DNA from: Bacteroidales bacterium
GTDB lineage: Bacteria; Bacteroidota; Bacteroidia; Bacteroidales; UBA7960
Length of the DNA stretch: 53,453 bases
Direction of reading: 5' to 3'
Assembly: GCA_003559475.1 (NCBI GenBank)
Contig: PWLF01000193.1
Span: 1-53,453 of the forward strand
Both the position numbers and the translations under genes were made by a program. Position 1 is the stretch's first letter; each line of letters starts with the position of its first letter. This document shows positions 21,251 to 31,373 of the stretch, piece by piece. The notes under the pieces were generated by a model. That model was not told where the DNA came from, ran no database searches, and saw only the letters and a program-made list of their open reading frames with translations.

Positions 21251-21258
21251 TAAATTTG
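21251..21258 (+). promoter_or_regulatory. Putative -7 promoter element for the glycan operon
   Basis: TAAATTTG(CC), 39 nt upstream of the ATG. Confidence 0.5.
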
Positions 21259-21297
21259 CCTTTTATTTAAAAATATTAAAAGAATAATGCTTTATTA

Positions 21298-22587
21298 ATG
21301 AGTTTCAAATTTAAGAAAATATTTGGTAATGAAGTCTTTAAGAATATAATGACTTTGTTTTCGGGTTCTACTTTGGCTCAACTTATTCCTTTTTTGATAT
21401 ATCCTCTACTTTCAAGGTTATATACTCCGGAAGAGTTTGGCACATTAGCATTATTTTCATCTTTAATGGTAATATTATCAATTTTTTCAACGCTTAAGTA
21501 TGATTTGGCGATAATGTTGCCTGAAGAAAAGGGAAAAGCAATTAATATTGCCGGGTTTTGTTTGTTTTTTATTGGTGTTTTTTGGGTATTGATTTCGGTT
21601 ATAGTGTTAATTTTCGGGAATCAGATTACGCAAATTTTGGGTGATGAGGGGCTGTACCCATGGATTTATTTATTGCCGTTTTCGGTAGTCTTCTTTTCTT
21701 CTTTTCAGGTATTAACTGCCGTTATGAACAGGCAAAAATCCTACACTGCAATGGCCACGAGCAGAGTGCTTCAAAGTATTACTGCCTCAGGAACAAAACT
21801 AAGTGGCGGATTCTTAAAATTCGGTAGTGTTGGCTTAATAATTGGTTCAGTATTTGGACATTTAGTCTCGTCGGCATATTTATTTATTCGTTTTATTAAA
21901 TCAAATAAAAATTGGCTGAAAATCATATCAAAGAGAACAATTAAGGAACAACTAATTAAATATAATAGATTTCCAAAGTTCTCTATGCTTCATTTTTTAT
22001 TTAACTCTTTGTCTGCAGCTCTGCCGATATTTATATTCACTCGATTTTTTACAGGGCATGATACAGGATTATATTCAATGAGTTATAATCTCATTTTTAT
22101 TCCTGTTTCATTGTTTTCAGGTGCAGTTGGACAAGTATTATATCAAAATATATCGGAGAAATTTAATTTAAAACAAAGATTAACGCCACTTGTTAAAGAT
22201 ACGACTATAACTATTGCATTAGTTTTTTTAATTCCGTTTGCTGTTTTGTTTGTTTTTTCTCCTGCTATTCTTGGTTTTGTTTTGGGCGAAGAGTGGTCAA
22301 CATCCGGTGAATATCAAAGAATAATATTGCCCTGGCTGTTTATGGTGCTTCTTTCAGCTCCGCTTTCTTTTATTCCTAATATTTTTGGAAGACAGAAGAA
22401 GACAATGTTGATAGAATTTGTTAGTTTTGTGTTTAGGTTTATAGCTTTATATGTTGGGGCCTATTTTAATGATATTTTATTAGGGTTGGTTTTATTTTCA
22501 ATAGTCAGCTTTACTAAAGTAAGCTATTATACATATTGGTGTTTTTATTTGTTGATTTCTTTTGATAAAAAAATAAGTAAAGAATGA
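21298..22587 (+). CDS. Wzx-type polysaccharide flippase
   Basis: About 12 TM segments; LSRLYTPEEFG, LKYDLAIMLP, GEEW..SG. Confidence 0.9.
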   Translation: MSFKFKKIFGNEVFKNIMTLFSGSTLAQLIPFLIYPLLSRLYTPEEFGTLALFSSLMVILSIFSTLKYDLAIMLPEEKGKAINIAGFCLFFIGVFWVLISVIVLIFGNQITQILGDEGLYPWIYLLPFSVVFFSSFQVLTAVMNRQKSYTAMATSRVLQSITASGTKLSGGFLKFGSVGLIIGSVFGHLVSSAYLFIRFIKSNKNWLKIISKRTIKEQLIKYNRFPKFSMLHFLFNSLSAALPIFIFTRFFTGHDTGLYSMSYNLIFIPVSLFSGAVGQVLYQNISEKFNLKQRLTPLVKDTTITIALVFLIPFAVLFVFSPAILGFVLGEEWSTSGEYQRIILPWLFMVLLSAPLSFIPNIFGRQKKTMLIEFVSFVFRFIALYVGAYFNDILLGLVLFSIVSFTKVSYYTYWCFYLLISFDKKISKE

Positions 22588-23753
22588 AGGTTTTAGTTAT
22601 CCCTTCCTGGTATCCTCCTGACGGGGGTTCTTTTTTTCGTGAGCAAAGCGAAGCAATTGCTCAACAAGGCGTCAAGATTGATGTTTTGTCATTAAGAATA
22701 AAAGGGATTAAAGATATTTTCAAAAATCCCTTGTTGATAAAAAAACGCAATATATTAAAGAATAAAGAGGATAACCTTAATGTCTTCAGAGCAGTGTTTT
22801 TTAAATATCCTTTGACAGAAAAATATAATATCAAGCCCTGGTCGAAAAAATTGTTGCGTATTTTTGAAAGATATGTCAAAAAGGAAGGATATCCTGATGT
22901 TATTCATATTCATAGTTGCCTTTGGGCAGGTTATGCAGCGTCAATGATTGCAAAAAAATATAATATCCCTTATGTTTTAACAGAACATAGAAGCAGGTTT
23001 GTTGAAAATAATGTTTTTGCTCAAAAAAAGGTTAAACCGTTTCATGTTGAATGTGTTAAAAAGTCACTAAAAGATGCTTCAAAAATTATTCTCGTAAGCG
23101 AAAAGTTAAAAAAAACTTTATTGAATATAGAACCGGAAATTGGTAATCGCACAATAGTTATTCCCAATTTTATTGATACCGGTTTTTTCAAGCCAAATGA
23201 TATTGAATTGCCAAAGCGTCCATTTGTGTTTTTTAGTCTTGGAAACTTAGTTTATACCAAAGGTATGGATATTTTAATTAAAGCTTTTGCCATTTTAAAA
23301 CAAAATTATAAGCAAGATGTTTTGTTGAAGATAGGAGGTGGCGGAAATGAGTTATCTAAGTTGAAGAAGTTAACTGCCAAATATGGATTGATGCAGGATA
23401 TTGATTTTAAAGGCAGTTTAACAAGGCAGCAGGTGGTTGATGAGATGAATAATTCTCATGCTTTTGTCCTTGCTACAAGATTTGAAGCGTTTGGAGTTGT
23501 TCTTATTGAAGCAATGTCTTGTGGATTGCCTGTTGTTTGCACAAAATCAGGAGGCCCGGAAAATATAATCAATCCTGAAAACGGATATATAGTGCCGGTA
23601 AATGCCCCAACTGAATTGGCAATTGCAATGCAATCAATGATTGAAAATTACAGTAATTTTGATAAAGAAAAAATCAGAGATGATGTTATTGAAAAGTATG
23701 GTCAGGATAATGTTGCCAATAGAGTTATTAGTGTCTATAAAGAGTTAGTTTGA
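22584..23753 (+). CDS. Glycosyltransferase family 4
   Basis: PSWYP, DVIHIH, EAFGVVLIEAMSCGLPVV; ATGA overlap with the flippase. Confidence 0.93.
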   Translation: MKVLVIPSWYPPDGGSFFREQSEAIAQQGVKIDVLSLRIKGIKDIFKNPLLIKKRNILKNKEDNLNVFRAVFFKYPLTEKYNIKPWSKKLLRIFERYVKKEGYPDVIHIHSCLWAGYAASMIAKKYNIPYVLTEHRSRFVENNVFAQKKVKPFHVECVKKSLKDASKIILVSEKLKKTLLNIEPEIGNRTIVIPNFIDTGFFKPNDIELPKRPFVFFSLGNLVYTKGMDILIKAFAILKQNYKQDVLLKIGGGGNELSKLKKLTAKYGLMQDIDFKGSLTRQQVVDEMNNSHAFVLATRFEAFGVVLIEAMSCGLPVVCTKSGGPENIINPENGYIVPVNAPTELAIAMQSMIENYSNFDKEKIRDDVIEKYGQDNVANRVISVYKELV

Positions 23754-25345
23754 TGATTGATGTCAGGTTAAAATATAATCATGGATATAAATGGCATTCA
23801 TATAAAAATATAAGTGCTAAAGGTTATCTTTTTGATAGTAAAGGGGAATTATGGAAAGGGGAGAAGCTTCCGCAGTTTTTTAGCGATTGCATGAATGTTG
23901 AAAGTTTTAAGAAAAAGCTTGAAGAAAGCAATGGGCTTTTTAGCGTAGTGATTAAAGAAGATGCTTTCTTGTTGGCGGCAGTTGATAAAATTAGAATGTT
24001 CCCGCTTTTTTATAAAATATCAAATTCAGATATTACTTTATCTGACAAATCTGAAATTTTTGCAGAGAACTTTTCTTTAAATCAGTTGTCTGTTCCGGAA
24101 TTCCTTTCTTTAGGATTTGTTTCAAGCAACGAAACTTTAATAGAAAATGTTTGTCAGATAGAAGCCGGTCAATTACTTTTATTTGAAAAAAATCAACATA
24201 GATCATTATGGTATGATAAGGTTGAAGGTAATGATGTTCGTGAAAAAGATTATCAAAAAAACGAAAAATGCCTTATTGAAAAAATTGAAGAGATGTTTTT
24301 TCGTACAAGCAAACTTCTTTCCAACAGAAAAATTGCAGTTCCCCTTAGTGGTGGTTATGATAGCAGATTGATAGCTTTGATGCTGAAAAAAAACGGGTTT
24401 GAGAATGTGCTTTGTTTTTCTTATGGAAGAAAAGATAATCCTGAATCTGTTATCTCGGAAAAGATTGCAAGAAAACTCGGATTTCAATGGGAGTTTGTCG
24501 AATACAATAAAGATATTTATGATAATTATCTTAATGAAAAAGATTTTAATGACTTTGCTGTTTTTTCTTCAAATTTCTGCTCAATGCCTTTTTTGCAGGA
24601 ATACTTCGCTGTAAAATATCTGAAAGAAAATAATTTTATTGATGAAAATACTGTTTTTGTGCCCGGCCATTCTATCGGCTCAATGGTTGGGGGCTCAACA
24701 ACACCTGAAAAAAGTAATAAGGAAAATATTGATGATATTACAAGTGTAATTTTTAATGATAATTATATTTTAAATAAAGTGTCGAAAGATTCAAAATTCA
24801 AACTTATTAATAAGATAAAATCTCATCAATTAAAACTGTTTAACAGTGATTTTTCAAGCAGTATTGATTTGTTTTTGAATTGGAGTATGAAGGAGCGACA
24901 GGCAAAATTTGTGGGTAACTCAACAAATGTATATAATTGGTTTGGATTTGAACATACTTTGCCTTTTATAAACTTGGATTTTGTCAAATTTTATGCTTCA
25001 ATGAGTCCTGATTTTATATACTACAAAAAGTTTTATGCGGATGTTCTGAGAAGCAAATATTTCCTTCCTAATAGCTTGTTATTAGATAAAGAAATTCAGC
25101 CAAAACCTGCTGATTTTAAAAAACATGCCGTCAAAAAAAGATTTAAAGCTATAGTCCCAAAATCCATATTAAAAAAGAAACTTGCAAAATATGATACAAT
25201 ATGTTATAATGAGCTTACTAAAAAAATGGAAAAACAATTAGACAACGATAATGTTATAGTTAAAAGGTCTTTTAACAGTTATAATGAAATAATTGTAAAA
25301 TGGTTTGTTGATTTTTTGAAAAAGAAGTATAATGTGGATTTATAA
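23750..25345 (+). CDS. Asparagine synthetase-like ATP-dependent amide ligase (glycan modification)
   Basis: NGLFS...AVDKIRMFPLFY and PP-loop PLSGGYDSR; no N-terminal catalytic Cys. Confidence 0.82.
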   Translation: MMIDVRLKYNHGYKWHSYKNISAKGYLFDSKGELWKGEKLPQFFSDCMNVESFKKKLEESNGLFSVVIKEDAFLLAAVDKIRMFPLFYKISNSDITLSDKSEIFAENFSLNQLSVPEFLSLGFVSSNETLIENVCQIEAGQLLLFEKNQHRSLWYDKVEGNDVREKDYQKNEKCLIEKIEEMFFRTSKLLSNRKIAVPLSGGYDSRLIALMLKKNGFENVLCFSYGRKDNPESVISEKIARKLGFQWEFVEYNKDIYDNYLNEKDFNDFAVFSSNFCSMPFLQEYFAVKYLKENNFIDENTVFVPGHSIGSMVGGSTTPEKSNKENIDDITSVIFNDNYILNKVSKDSKFKLINKIKSHQLKLFNSDFSSSIDLFLNWSMKERQAKFVGNSTNVYNWFGFEHTLPFINLDFVKFYASMSPDFIYYKKFYADVLRSKYFLPNSLLLDKEIQPKPADFKKHAVKKRFKAIVPKSILKKKLAKYDTICYNELTKKMEKQLDNDNVIVKRSFNSYNEIIVKWFVDFLKKKYNVDL

Positions 25346-25347
25346 TT

Positions 25348-25950
25348 TTGGAAATGATAAGTGCAAAAAATATATCCGTGTCCTATAATAATACTAATGT
25401 TATTCAAAATTTATCTTTTGATATCGGATTGGGAGATCATGCTTGTTTTTTCGGTCCGTCAGGCAGAGGAAAGTCGTCATTGTTGAAAATGCTTCAGGGG
25501 TATTTAGTGCCATCAACCGGTTATGTTAAAATAAAAGACATGGAGTTAAATCCGGTCAATATTAAAAATGTCAGGTCTTTGATGGCTTATATCCCTCAAA
25601 ATATAAATTTACCTACCGATAATGGCAGTGAGTTATTAAAGATGATGGATGCGTCAAAACGGGTTGAGAAAGTTGAATACTTTATTAACAGACTTGGAAT
25701 GTCTCTTGAAATGATTGAAAGCAGGTTTGATGAGATTAGCGGAGGACAAAAACAGCGAATAGTAATTGCTTTATGCTTATCGCTTGACAAAGAAATAGTA
25801 TTGTTTGATGAACCAACATCTTCTCTTGATTCAAATTCGATTAAAAAACTTTTAGATGTTATCAAAGAAGATATGAAGGATAAAACGGTTATTTCTGCGT
25901 CTCATAATTCTGAATGGATAAATTCGGCATCAAAAAAAATATATATTTAA
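25348..25950 (+). CDS. ABC transporter ATP-binding protein (FetA/YbbL-like)
   Basis: GPSGRGKS, ISGGQKQR, FDEPTSSLD; upstream of a UPF0014 permease; the start may be ATG 25354. Confidence 0.85.
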   Translation: MEMISAKNISVSYNNTNVIQNLSFDIGLGDHACFFGPSGRGKSSLLKMLQGYLVPSTGYVKIKDMELNPVNIKNVRSLMAYIPQNINLPTDNGSELLKMMDASKRVEKVEYFINRLGMSLEMIESRFDEISGGQKQRIVIALCLSLDKEIVLFDEPTSSLDSNSIKKLLDVIKEDMKDKTVISASHNSEWINSASKKIYI

Positions 25951-25960
25951 AAGTAAGATT

Positions 25961-26755
25961 ATGGCTGATATTGGCTTTTGGGATTTGGCTTTTGGATTTA
26001 CTATATTGGCAATACCATTATTTGTATTTATTTATTATAAAGTAAAGCTGGTAAATGATTTGCTTGTTAGTGTTATCAGGATGATAGCACAACTCTTTTT
26101 AGTTGCGGTTTACCTTGAATGGATATTTGAGATGAACAATGCATTAATAAATTCTTTATGGTTAGTGATAATGGTTATAGTTGGTGCCGGCACAACCGTT
26201 TACAGAGTAAAACTTAACTGGAAAGTATTTTTGATACCTTTTATAATAGCAGGACTTATTTCTATTACAATAATTGATCTTTTCTTTATTGGTCTGGTAA
26301 TCAGGTTAGATTATTTTTTTGATGCAAGATATTTAATTCCGATATCCGGTATGATACTTGGTAATTCAATGAATCATAATATAGTCGGATTAACTGCCTA
26401 CTTTGATGGATTATCTAAAAGCAAGGAGCTTTATTACTTTATTCTGACTAATAGCGGCAGCAGAAAGCAAGCTGTGCGCCCTTATATTCAGGAAGCGATA
26501 AGAAAAGGACTTAATCCTATGCTGGCTAATATGTCGGTAGTTGGCTTGATATCTTTGCCGGGCATGATGACAGGGCAAATTTTAGGTGGTGCGACTCCGG
26601 TTACTGCAATAAAATATCAAATAATGATTATGGTGGCAATATTGGCAGGTTGCACGCTAATCCTTATATTGAGTATTTTATATTCGAATTTTCTGGTTTT
26701 TGATTCGTATGGAAATATTAAAAATATTAGGTCAATTAATAAAAACAATAATTAA
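25961..26755 (+). CDS. ABC transporter permease, UPF0014 (FetB/YbbM-like)
   Basis: RMIAQL, IPISGMILGNSM, GLISLPGMMTGQILGG, AIKYQI. Confidence 0.9.
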   Translation: MADIGFWDLAFGFTILAIPLFVFIYYKVKLVNDLLVSVIRMIAQLFLVAVYLEWIFEMNNALINSLWLVIMVIVGAGTTVYRVKLNWKVFLIPFIIAGLISITIIDLFFIGLVIRLDYFFDARYLIPISGMILGNSMNHNIVGLTAYFDGLSKSKELYYFILTNSGSRKQAVRPYIQEAIRKGLNPMLANMSVVGLISLPGMMTGQILGGATPVTAIKYQIMIMVAILAGCTLILILSILYSNFLVFDSYGNIKNIRSINKNNN

Positions 26756-26954
26756 CTTCTAATGCCTGTGTATCTTAATATAAGAGGCATAGTAAAGCTT
26801 AGTTTTAACACGTTGAGTATTTAGCTATTTAATTAGGTATAATTATTTAGTTTAGTTTTTTTAATTTTTCCAATAATTTTGTTTTTTAAAGCAAAATTTC
26901 GCCATAATAATATAAAATGGCGTAAAAATTGCACTATGTTTTTAAAAAAAAGCT

Positions 26955-26962
26955 TATATTTG
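26955..26962 (+). promoter_or_regulatory. Putative -7 promoter element for the OmpA-domain gene
   Basis: TATATTTG in the intergenic region. Confidence 0.4.
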
Positions 26963-27071
26963 AGTTTTATTATATGGTTTGATGTAACCAACGAAATCAG
27001 ATAATTTATAAATAATCAATTAATTGGCTTTTTTAATAAAATGGTAATTCTTATTAATTAAAAATTATATA

Positions 27072-29015
27072 ATGAATAAATTAGTTTTTATTTTTATTTT
27101 GGCTTTGTTTTTTTCGGCTAATGATGTTTCTTCTCAGGAATCAGGGAGGGAATTAACTACATCTATACGAAGAGCTGAGCAAGCGTATTCAAATGCCTTT
27201 AATCAATTGCGTATGAGAAATGTGCAAGGGGCTAAAAAAGAGTTTCTCAGGGCTATAGAGATTGATCCTTATTTTGTTGAACCTTATGTCGTTTTAGGAG
27301 AACTCTCTTTTGATACTCGTGAGTATGAAAAATGTATTGAATATAATAGAGAGGCTATTAGAATAGATAAGGATTTTTATCCTAATAAGCACTATTACCT
27401 TTCTATTTGTAAATTAAGAACAGGTGATTACGAGAATTCAAAGTCTCGTATAAAAACTTTTTTACAATATGAGGATATAAGTGAAGGTATGGAGAGTAGA
27501 GCTGAAGCTATACTAGAAACTTGCAGGTTTGCTATTGAAGCTAAGAAAAATCCCGTACCTTTTGACCCTATAAATATTGGAGACAATATTAATACAGAAA
27601 ATGCTGAATATAGTCCGTCTCTAACTGCTGATGAGAGTACTATATATTTTACCAGAAAAAGGCAGAGGGAAACAAAATCTGTTTTTGAATCTGCAGATTT
27701 TGAAGATTTATACTCCAGTGTTAAGGTAGATGGTGTATGGCAACCGGCTGAAAATATTGGCTCTCCGGTTAATACATCAAACAATGAAGGGTTTTTAAGC
27801 ATATCGGCTGATGGTCAACATCTTTTTTATACAGCTTGTAATCGTCCTGAAGGTGTTGGTAGCTGTGATATCTATTATTCGCGACGAAGAGGTGGAAAGT
27901 GGGATGAGCCTGAAAATATGGGAACACCTGTTAATAGCAGCAGGTGGGATTCTCAGCCAAGTTCTACAGCTGATGGGAAAATTTTATACTTCTCAAGTGC
28001 CAGAGCCGGTAGTTTTGGAGAAATGGATATTTGGAGAACGGAGTTTAATGAACAGGATTCAACATGGAAAACGCCTGTAAACTTAGGCACTGTTATCAAT
28101 ACAACTGGAAGTGAAATGTCGCCCTTTATTCACCCTGATGATCAAACATTGTATTTCGCATCTGACGGACATCAAGGAATGGGTGGTTTGGATATCTTTT
28201 ACTCAAGGAGAGGAGAGGATGGTAAATGGCAAAAACCGGTTAACCTTGGTTATCCAATTAATACTCATAGAGATGAATTTGCACTATTTGTAGGAGCAAG
28301 CGGAAAGACAGCTTATTTTGCATCAGATTTTGAACAAGAAACAGGGCAAACAGATATTTATTATTTTGAGCTTTATGAAGAAGCCAGACCTGACCCGCTT
28401 ACATACATGAGAGGGAAAGTCTATGATAAATATACAGGAGAGCCCCTGGAGGCTAATTTTGAAGTTATTGACCTAAAAACCGACAGAGTGATTATTACCT
28501 CATCATCGGATGAAACCGATGGAAGCTTTTTGATCTCTATACCTACGGGAGTTAACGTAGGTATTAATGCTTCAAAAGAAGGATATTTGTTCTTCTCTGA
28601 GAATTTTTCTTTTGATAAAGCTTATACAGGAATCGAGCCATATCACGCAGATATACCGCTTAGACCTATTAAAACCGGAGAATCTACTATACTTAGAAAT
28701 ATTTTCTTTGAGTATGATAAATATGAACTAAAACCGGAGTCTAAAGCTGAACTTAACAGGCTTGTTGAAATGCTAAAGAACAACCCTGATGTTAATATTG
28801 AAATAGGTGGGCATACTGACAGCATAGGATCTTATGAATATAATATTAATCTATCGTTAAATAGAGCCAAGAGCGTCTATAACTATCTTGTTGAAAAAGG
28901 AATAAGTTCAGAAAGACTCAAATATAAAGGTTATGCTGATACAAAGCCTGTTGATACCAATGAAACGGAGGAAGGTAGAGCAAATAATCGGCGTACTGAA
29001 TTTACTATACTTTAG
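27072..29015 (+). CDS. TPR + PD40 propeller + OmpA-C peptidoglycan-binding protein (PorE-like architecture)
   Basis: N-terminal TPRs; repeated NLG..INT...E.SP...D...LYF.S; C-terminal GHTD, LSLNRA and NRRTEF. Confidence 0.9.
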   Translation: MNKLVFIFILALFFSANDVSSQESGRELTTSIRRAEQAYSNAFNQLRMRNVQGAKKEFLRAIEIDPYFVEPYVVLGELSFDTREYEKCIEYNREAIRIDKDFYPNKHYYLSICKLRTGDYENSKSRIKTFLQYEDISEGMESRAEAILETCRFAIEAKKNPVPFDPINIGDNINTENAEYSPSLTADESTIYFTRKRQRETKSVFESADFEDLYSSVKVDGVWQPAENIGSPVNTSNNEGFLSISADGQHLFYTACNRPEGVGSCDIYYSRRRGGKWDEPENMGTPVNSSRWDSQPSSTADGKILYFSSARAGSFGEMDIWRTEFNEQDSTWKTPVNLGTVINTTGSEMSPFIHPDDQTLYFASDGHQGMGGLDIFYSRRGEDGKWQKPVNLGYPINTHRDEFALFVGASGKTAYFASDFEQETGQTDIYYFELYEEARPDPLTYMRGKVYDKYTGEPLEANFEVIDLKTDRVIITSSSDETDGSFLISIPTGVNVGINASKEGYLFFSENFSFDKAYTGIEPYHADIPLRPIKTGESTILRNIFFEYDKYELKPESKAELNRLVEMLKNNPDVNIEIGGHTDSIGSYEYNINLSLNRAKSVYNYLVEKGISSERLKYKGYADTKPVDTNETEEGRANNRRTEFTIL

Positions 29016-29047
29016 TGAAATTAATGATTAAAAATTAAAGCTTTTTT

Positions 29048-29803
29048 ATGTCTGGAAGATTTGAAAATAAAGATAACTTGTACTATATTAATTTAGAAAA
29101 AATTCTTTTTTTGGATGTTGAAACAGTGCCAATGTGTTTTGAGTTTAAGGATTTGCCCGATAAGTTCAAGCCTTTATGGCAAAAGAAAATGAAAACTATT
29201 AGTAAACAAGAAGAAAAAACTCCTGAAGAGTTATACTTTGAAAAAGCAGGAATATATGCTGAGTTTGGTAAAATTGTTTGCATTTCTGTCGGATTTTTTA
29301 GAATCCTTGATGATAACACAAAAACTTTCAGAGTAAAATCATTTTCAAATGATGATGAAAAGGTAATTTTGGAAGAATTTAAATGTTTATTAGAAAATCA
29401 TTTTAATAGTGAAGATAATTTGTTGTGCGGGCATAATGGCAAGGAATTCGATTTTCCATATATTTCCAGGCGTATGCTTGTTAATGGTATTCTTTTGCCT
29501 GATATGCTAAATAACTTTGCAAAAAAACCATGGCAAACAAAATTTATTGACACTATGGAACTGTGGAAATTTGGTGATTATAAGAATTATACTTCTCTGA
29601 ATTTGCTAGCAGCTGTTTTTGATATTCCAACACCAAAAGATGATATATCAGGAGAGGATGTAGCTGAAGTTTACTGGAAAGAAAATAATCTTCCTCGCAT
29701 AGCCCATTATTGTAATAAGGATGTTATAACTACAGCCAGATTATTTCTTAAATTCAGAGGAGAAGAAACCCTTAGTGATGATAATATAATTGTTGCAGAA
29801 TAA
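29048..29803 (+). CDS. PolB-related 3'-5' exonuclease (DEDDy)
   Basis: FLDVET, GHNGKEFDFPY, YCNKDV. Confidence 0.88.
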   Translation: MSGRFENKDNLYYINLEKILFLDVETVPMCFEFKDLPDKFKPLWQKKMKTISKQEEKTPEELYFEKAGIYAEFGKIVCISVGFFRILDDNTKTFRVKSFSNDDEKVILEEFKCLLENHFNSEDNLLCGHNGKEFDFPYISRRMLVNGILLPDMLNNFAKKPWQTKFIDTMELWKFGDYKNYTSLNLLAAVFDIPTPKDDISGEDVAEVYWKENNLPRIAHYCNKDVITTARLFLKFRGEETLSDDNIIVAE

Positions 29804-29833
29804 ATATTTTTATTAATTTAAAATTTATTGATT

Positions 29834-30022
29834 ATGTATGATCTTTATTTATTATTTTTGATTGTAGGAATTATTGCTTATGTTTTAATAATTTTTACCT
29901 TTCTTACAGGTAAGAAAATTATTAAGGTTAGAAAATTTAGAACTCATAAGCATTTGGGGTTGTTTTCATTTATAGCAGCCTCTTTGCATGGGCTTTATAT
30001 GATTTATATTAACTTTTTTTAG
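29834..30022 (+). CDS. Small two-TM membrane protein with His residues at both ends of TM2
   Basis: Two hydrophobic helices, RTHKHLG...ASLHG; ATG 29834 preferred over TTG 29828. Confidence 0.7.
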   Translation: MYDLYLLFLIVGIIAYVLIIFTFLTGKKIIKVRKFRTHKHLGLFSFIAASLHGLYMIYINFF

Positions 30023-30082
30023 TTATTTTTCTTAAGTCCAAAATATTTATAAATCTATTTATTAACTTAAAATTTTATTAAA

Positions 30083-30427
30083 ATGAAAAAATTATTTTTT
30101 GTTGCTTTATTATGTTTGCCGGTAATGCTAAATGCTCATCCTCCTGGTGATATTAAACTTGGTTATGATAAAGATGAAGATGGCACTTATGTTCTTAGTA
30201 TTAATATTGAGCATAGTGTCAGGAATGTTGACAGACATTATATTGAGTCAATCACGGTAAGTATAAATGACGAGGTTTATGAAGAGCTTGAATACTCTTC
30301 TCAGCAGTCCAGTGATTCGCATAATATAAAGCTGGCACTTCCTTCAGGTATAAGTGAAGGTGATATTATAAAGGTGGATGCTGTATGCAGTAGAATAGGT
30401 TCCGATAGTGCAGAGTTTGAATTTTAA
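30083..30427 (+). CDS. Exported superoxide reductase/desulfoferrodoxin-like metal-binding protein
   Basis: Signal peptide LNA|HPP; EHSV, RHYIE and AVCSRIG spaced like SOR iron ligands. Confidence 0.6.
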   Translation: MKKLFFVALLCLPVMLNAHPPGDIKLGYDKDEDGTYVLSINIEHSVRNVDRHYIESITVSINDEVYEELEYSSQQSSDSHNIKLALPSGISEGDIIKVDAVCSRIGSDSAEFEF

Positions 30428-30435
30428 TATATTAT

Positions 30436-31296
30436 TCAGGGCTTACATTCGGGGTCTATTTCTTTTACATAGTTTTTTATAACGTTTAGTTTTGATGAAG
30501 TTTCAGAGCCATCAAAGCCGGAGATATCATTGTAACTTATTTTATTAATATAAGCTGTATAGTAATCATTAGCTACCGGCATATATGACCAGTGCCATTT
30601 TTCTTCCTCATAACCGCCACCTCTTTCTTTTCCATGAGGTGTGTATGGCTGACAGAATCCGTATTTTAATGCATTTTCCTGAAGCCATTGGTATATTTTT
30701 AAGCCATCACCACTTTTAAAGAAATTGTTGTTCAAACTGTTTAAATCAATGTCCGTGCCCCAATGATGCCTTGATGTGCCCGGCATTGCGCTAAAACGTA
30801 ATATTTCCAGAGCTCGCTTTGTAGGGCTTTCTATGTCTGTTGCATAAATATCTCCAAATAGTATTTGCCTGCCGTTCCACTTATTCTCCCATATTCTTTT
30901 TTGATGATCAAAAGTACGCATGGCAGAAATTATAATAAGATTAATGCCATCTTCTTGTGCAGCCTCATGCATCTTTTTAAAAGCCTCATAAGCTTCTTTG
31001 TGCATATATAAACCATCGCGGGATGAGTATATATTGCTGACTCTTGTCATTTTCGATGATTCAGCCGGAGTAACCTTTCCAAGCAAATAGTTTTTATCTA
31101 TATCAGGAACTATTTTCATATCATCTTGATTTATTTTCAAATCATTTACTTTGTTAGTATCAATTTTTTGTTCAACTTCCGAAGTTCTAAAAAAGGCTCT
31201 TTTTGCTCCTCTTTGCATTCTTGAAAGAACTAATATTACAGCAAGCAAAACTATTAATATTATAAGCCAATAGTTTACTTTGTTTTTTTTCTTCAT
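30436..31296 (-). CDS. M15B/VanY-type D-Ala-D-Ala carboxypeptidase
   Basis: SAMR, PGTSRHHWGTDID, EKWHWSY; N-terminal membrane anchor. Confidence 0.92.
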   Translation of the reverse strand: MKKKNKVNYWLIILIVLLAVILVLSRMQRGAKRAFFRTSEVEQKIDTNKVNDLKINQDDMKIVPDIDKNYLLGKVTPAESSKMTRVSNIYSSRDGLYMHKEAYEAFKKMHEAAQEDGINLIIISAMRTFDHQKRIWENKWNGRQILFGDIYATDIESPTKRALEILRFSAMPGTSRHHWGTDIDLNSLNNNFFKSGDGLKIYQWLQENALKYGFCQPYTPHGKERGGGYEEEKWHWSYMPVANDYYTAYINKISYNDISGFDGSETSSKLNVIKNYVKEIDPECKP

Positions 31297-31373
31297 TTGT
31301 AATAAAGTTAAAAGAAAGTTAAAAGATAAAAACTAAAAGTTAAATCGTAAGCTAACTACTTTAATTAAACAAC

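Noticed and set aside
30436-31296. Vancomycin resistance locus
   Set aside because: A lone M15 carboxypeptidase with no vanHAX or vanRS genes.
31303-31346. Short AAAGTTAAA direct repeats between vanY-like and recA
   Set aside because: Low-complexity and AT-rich; could arise by chance or reflect promoter sequence.
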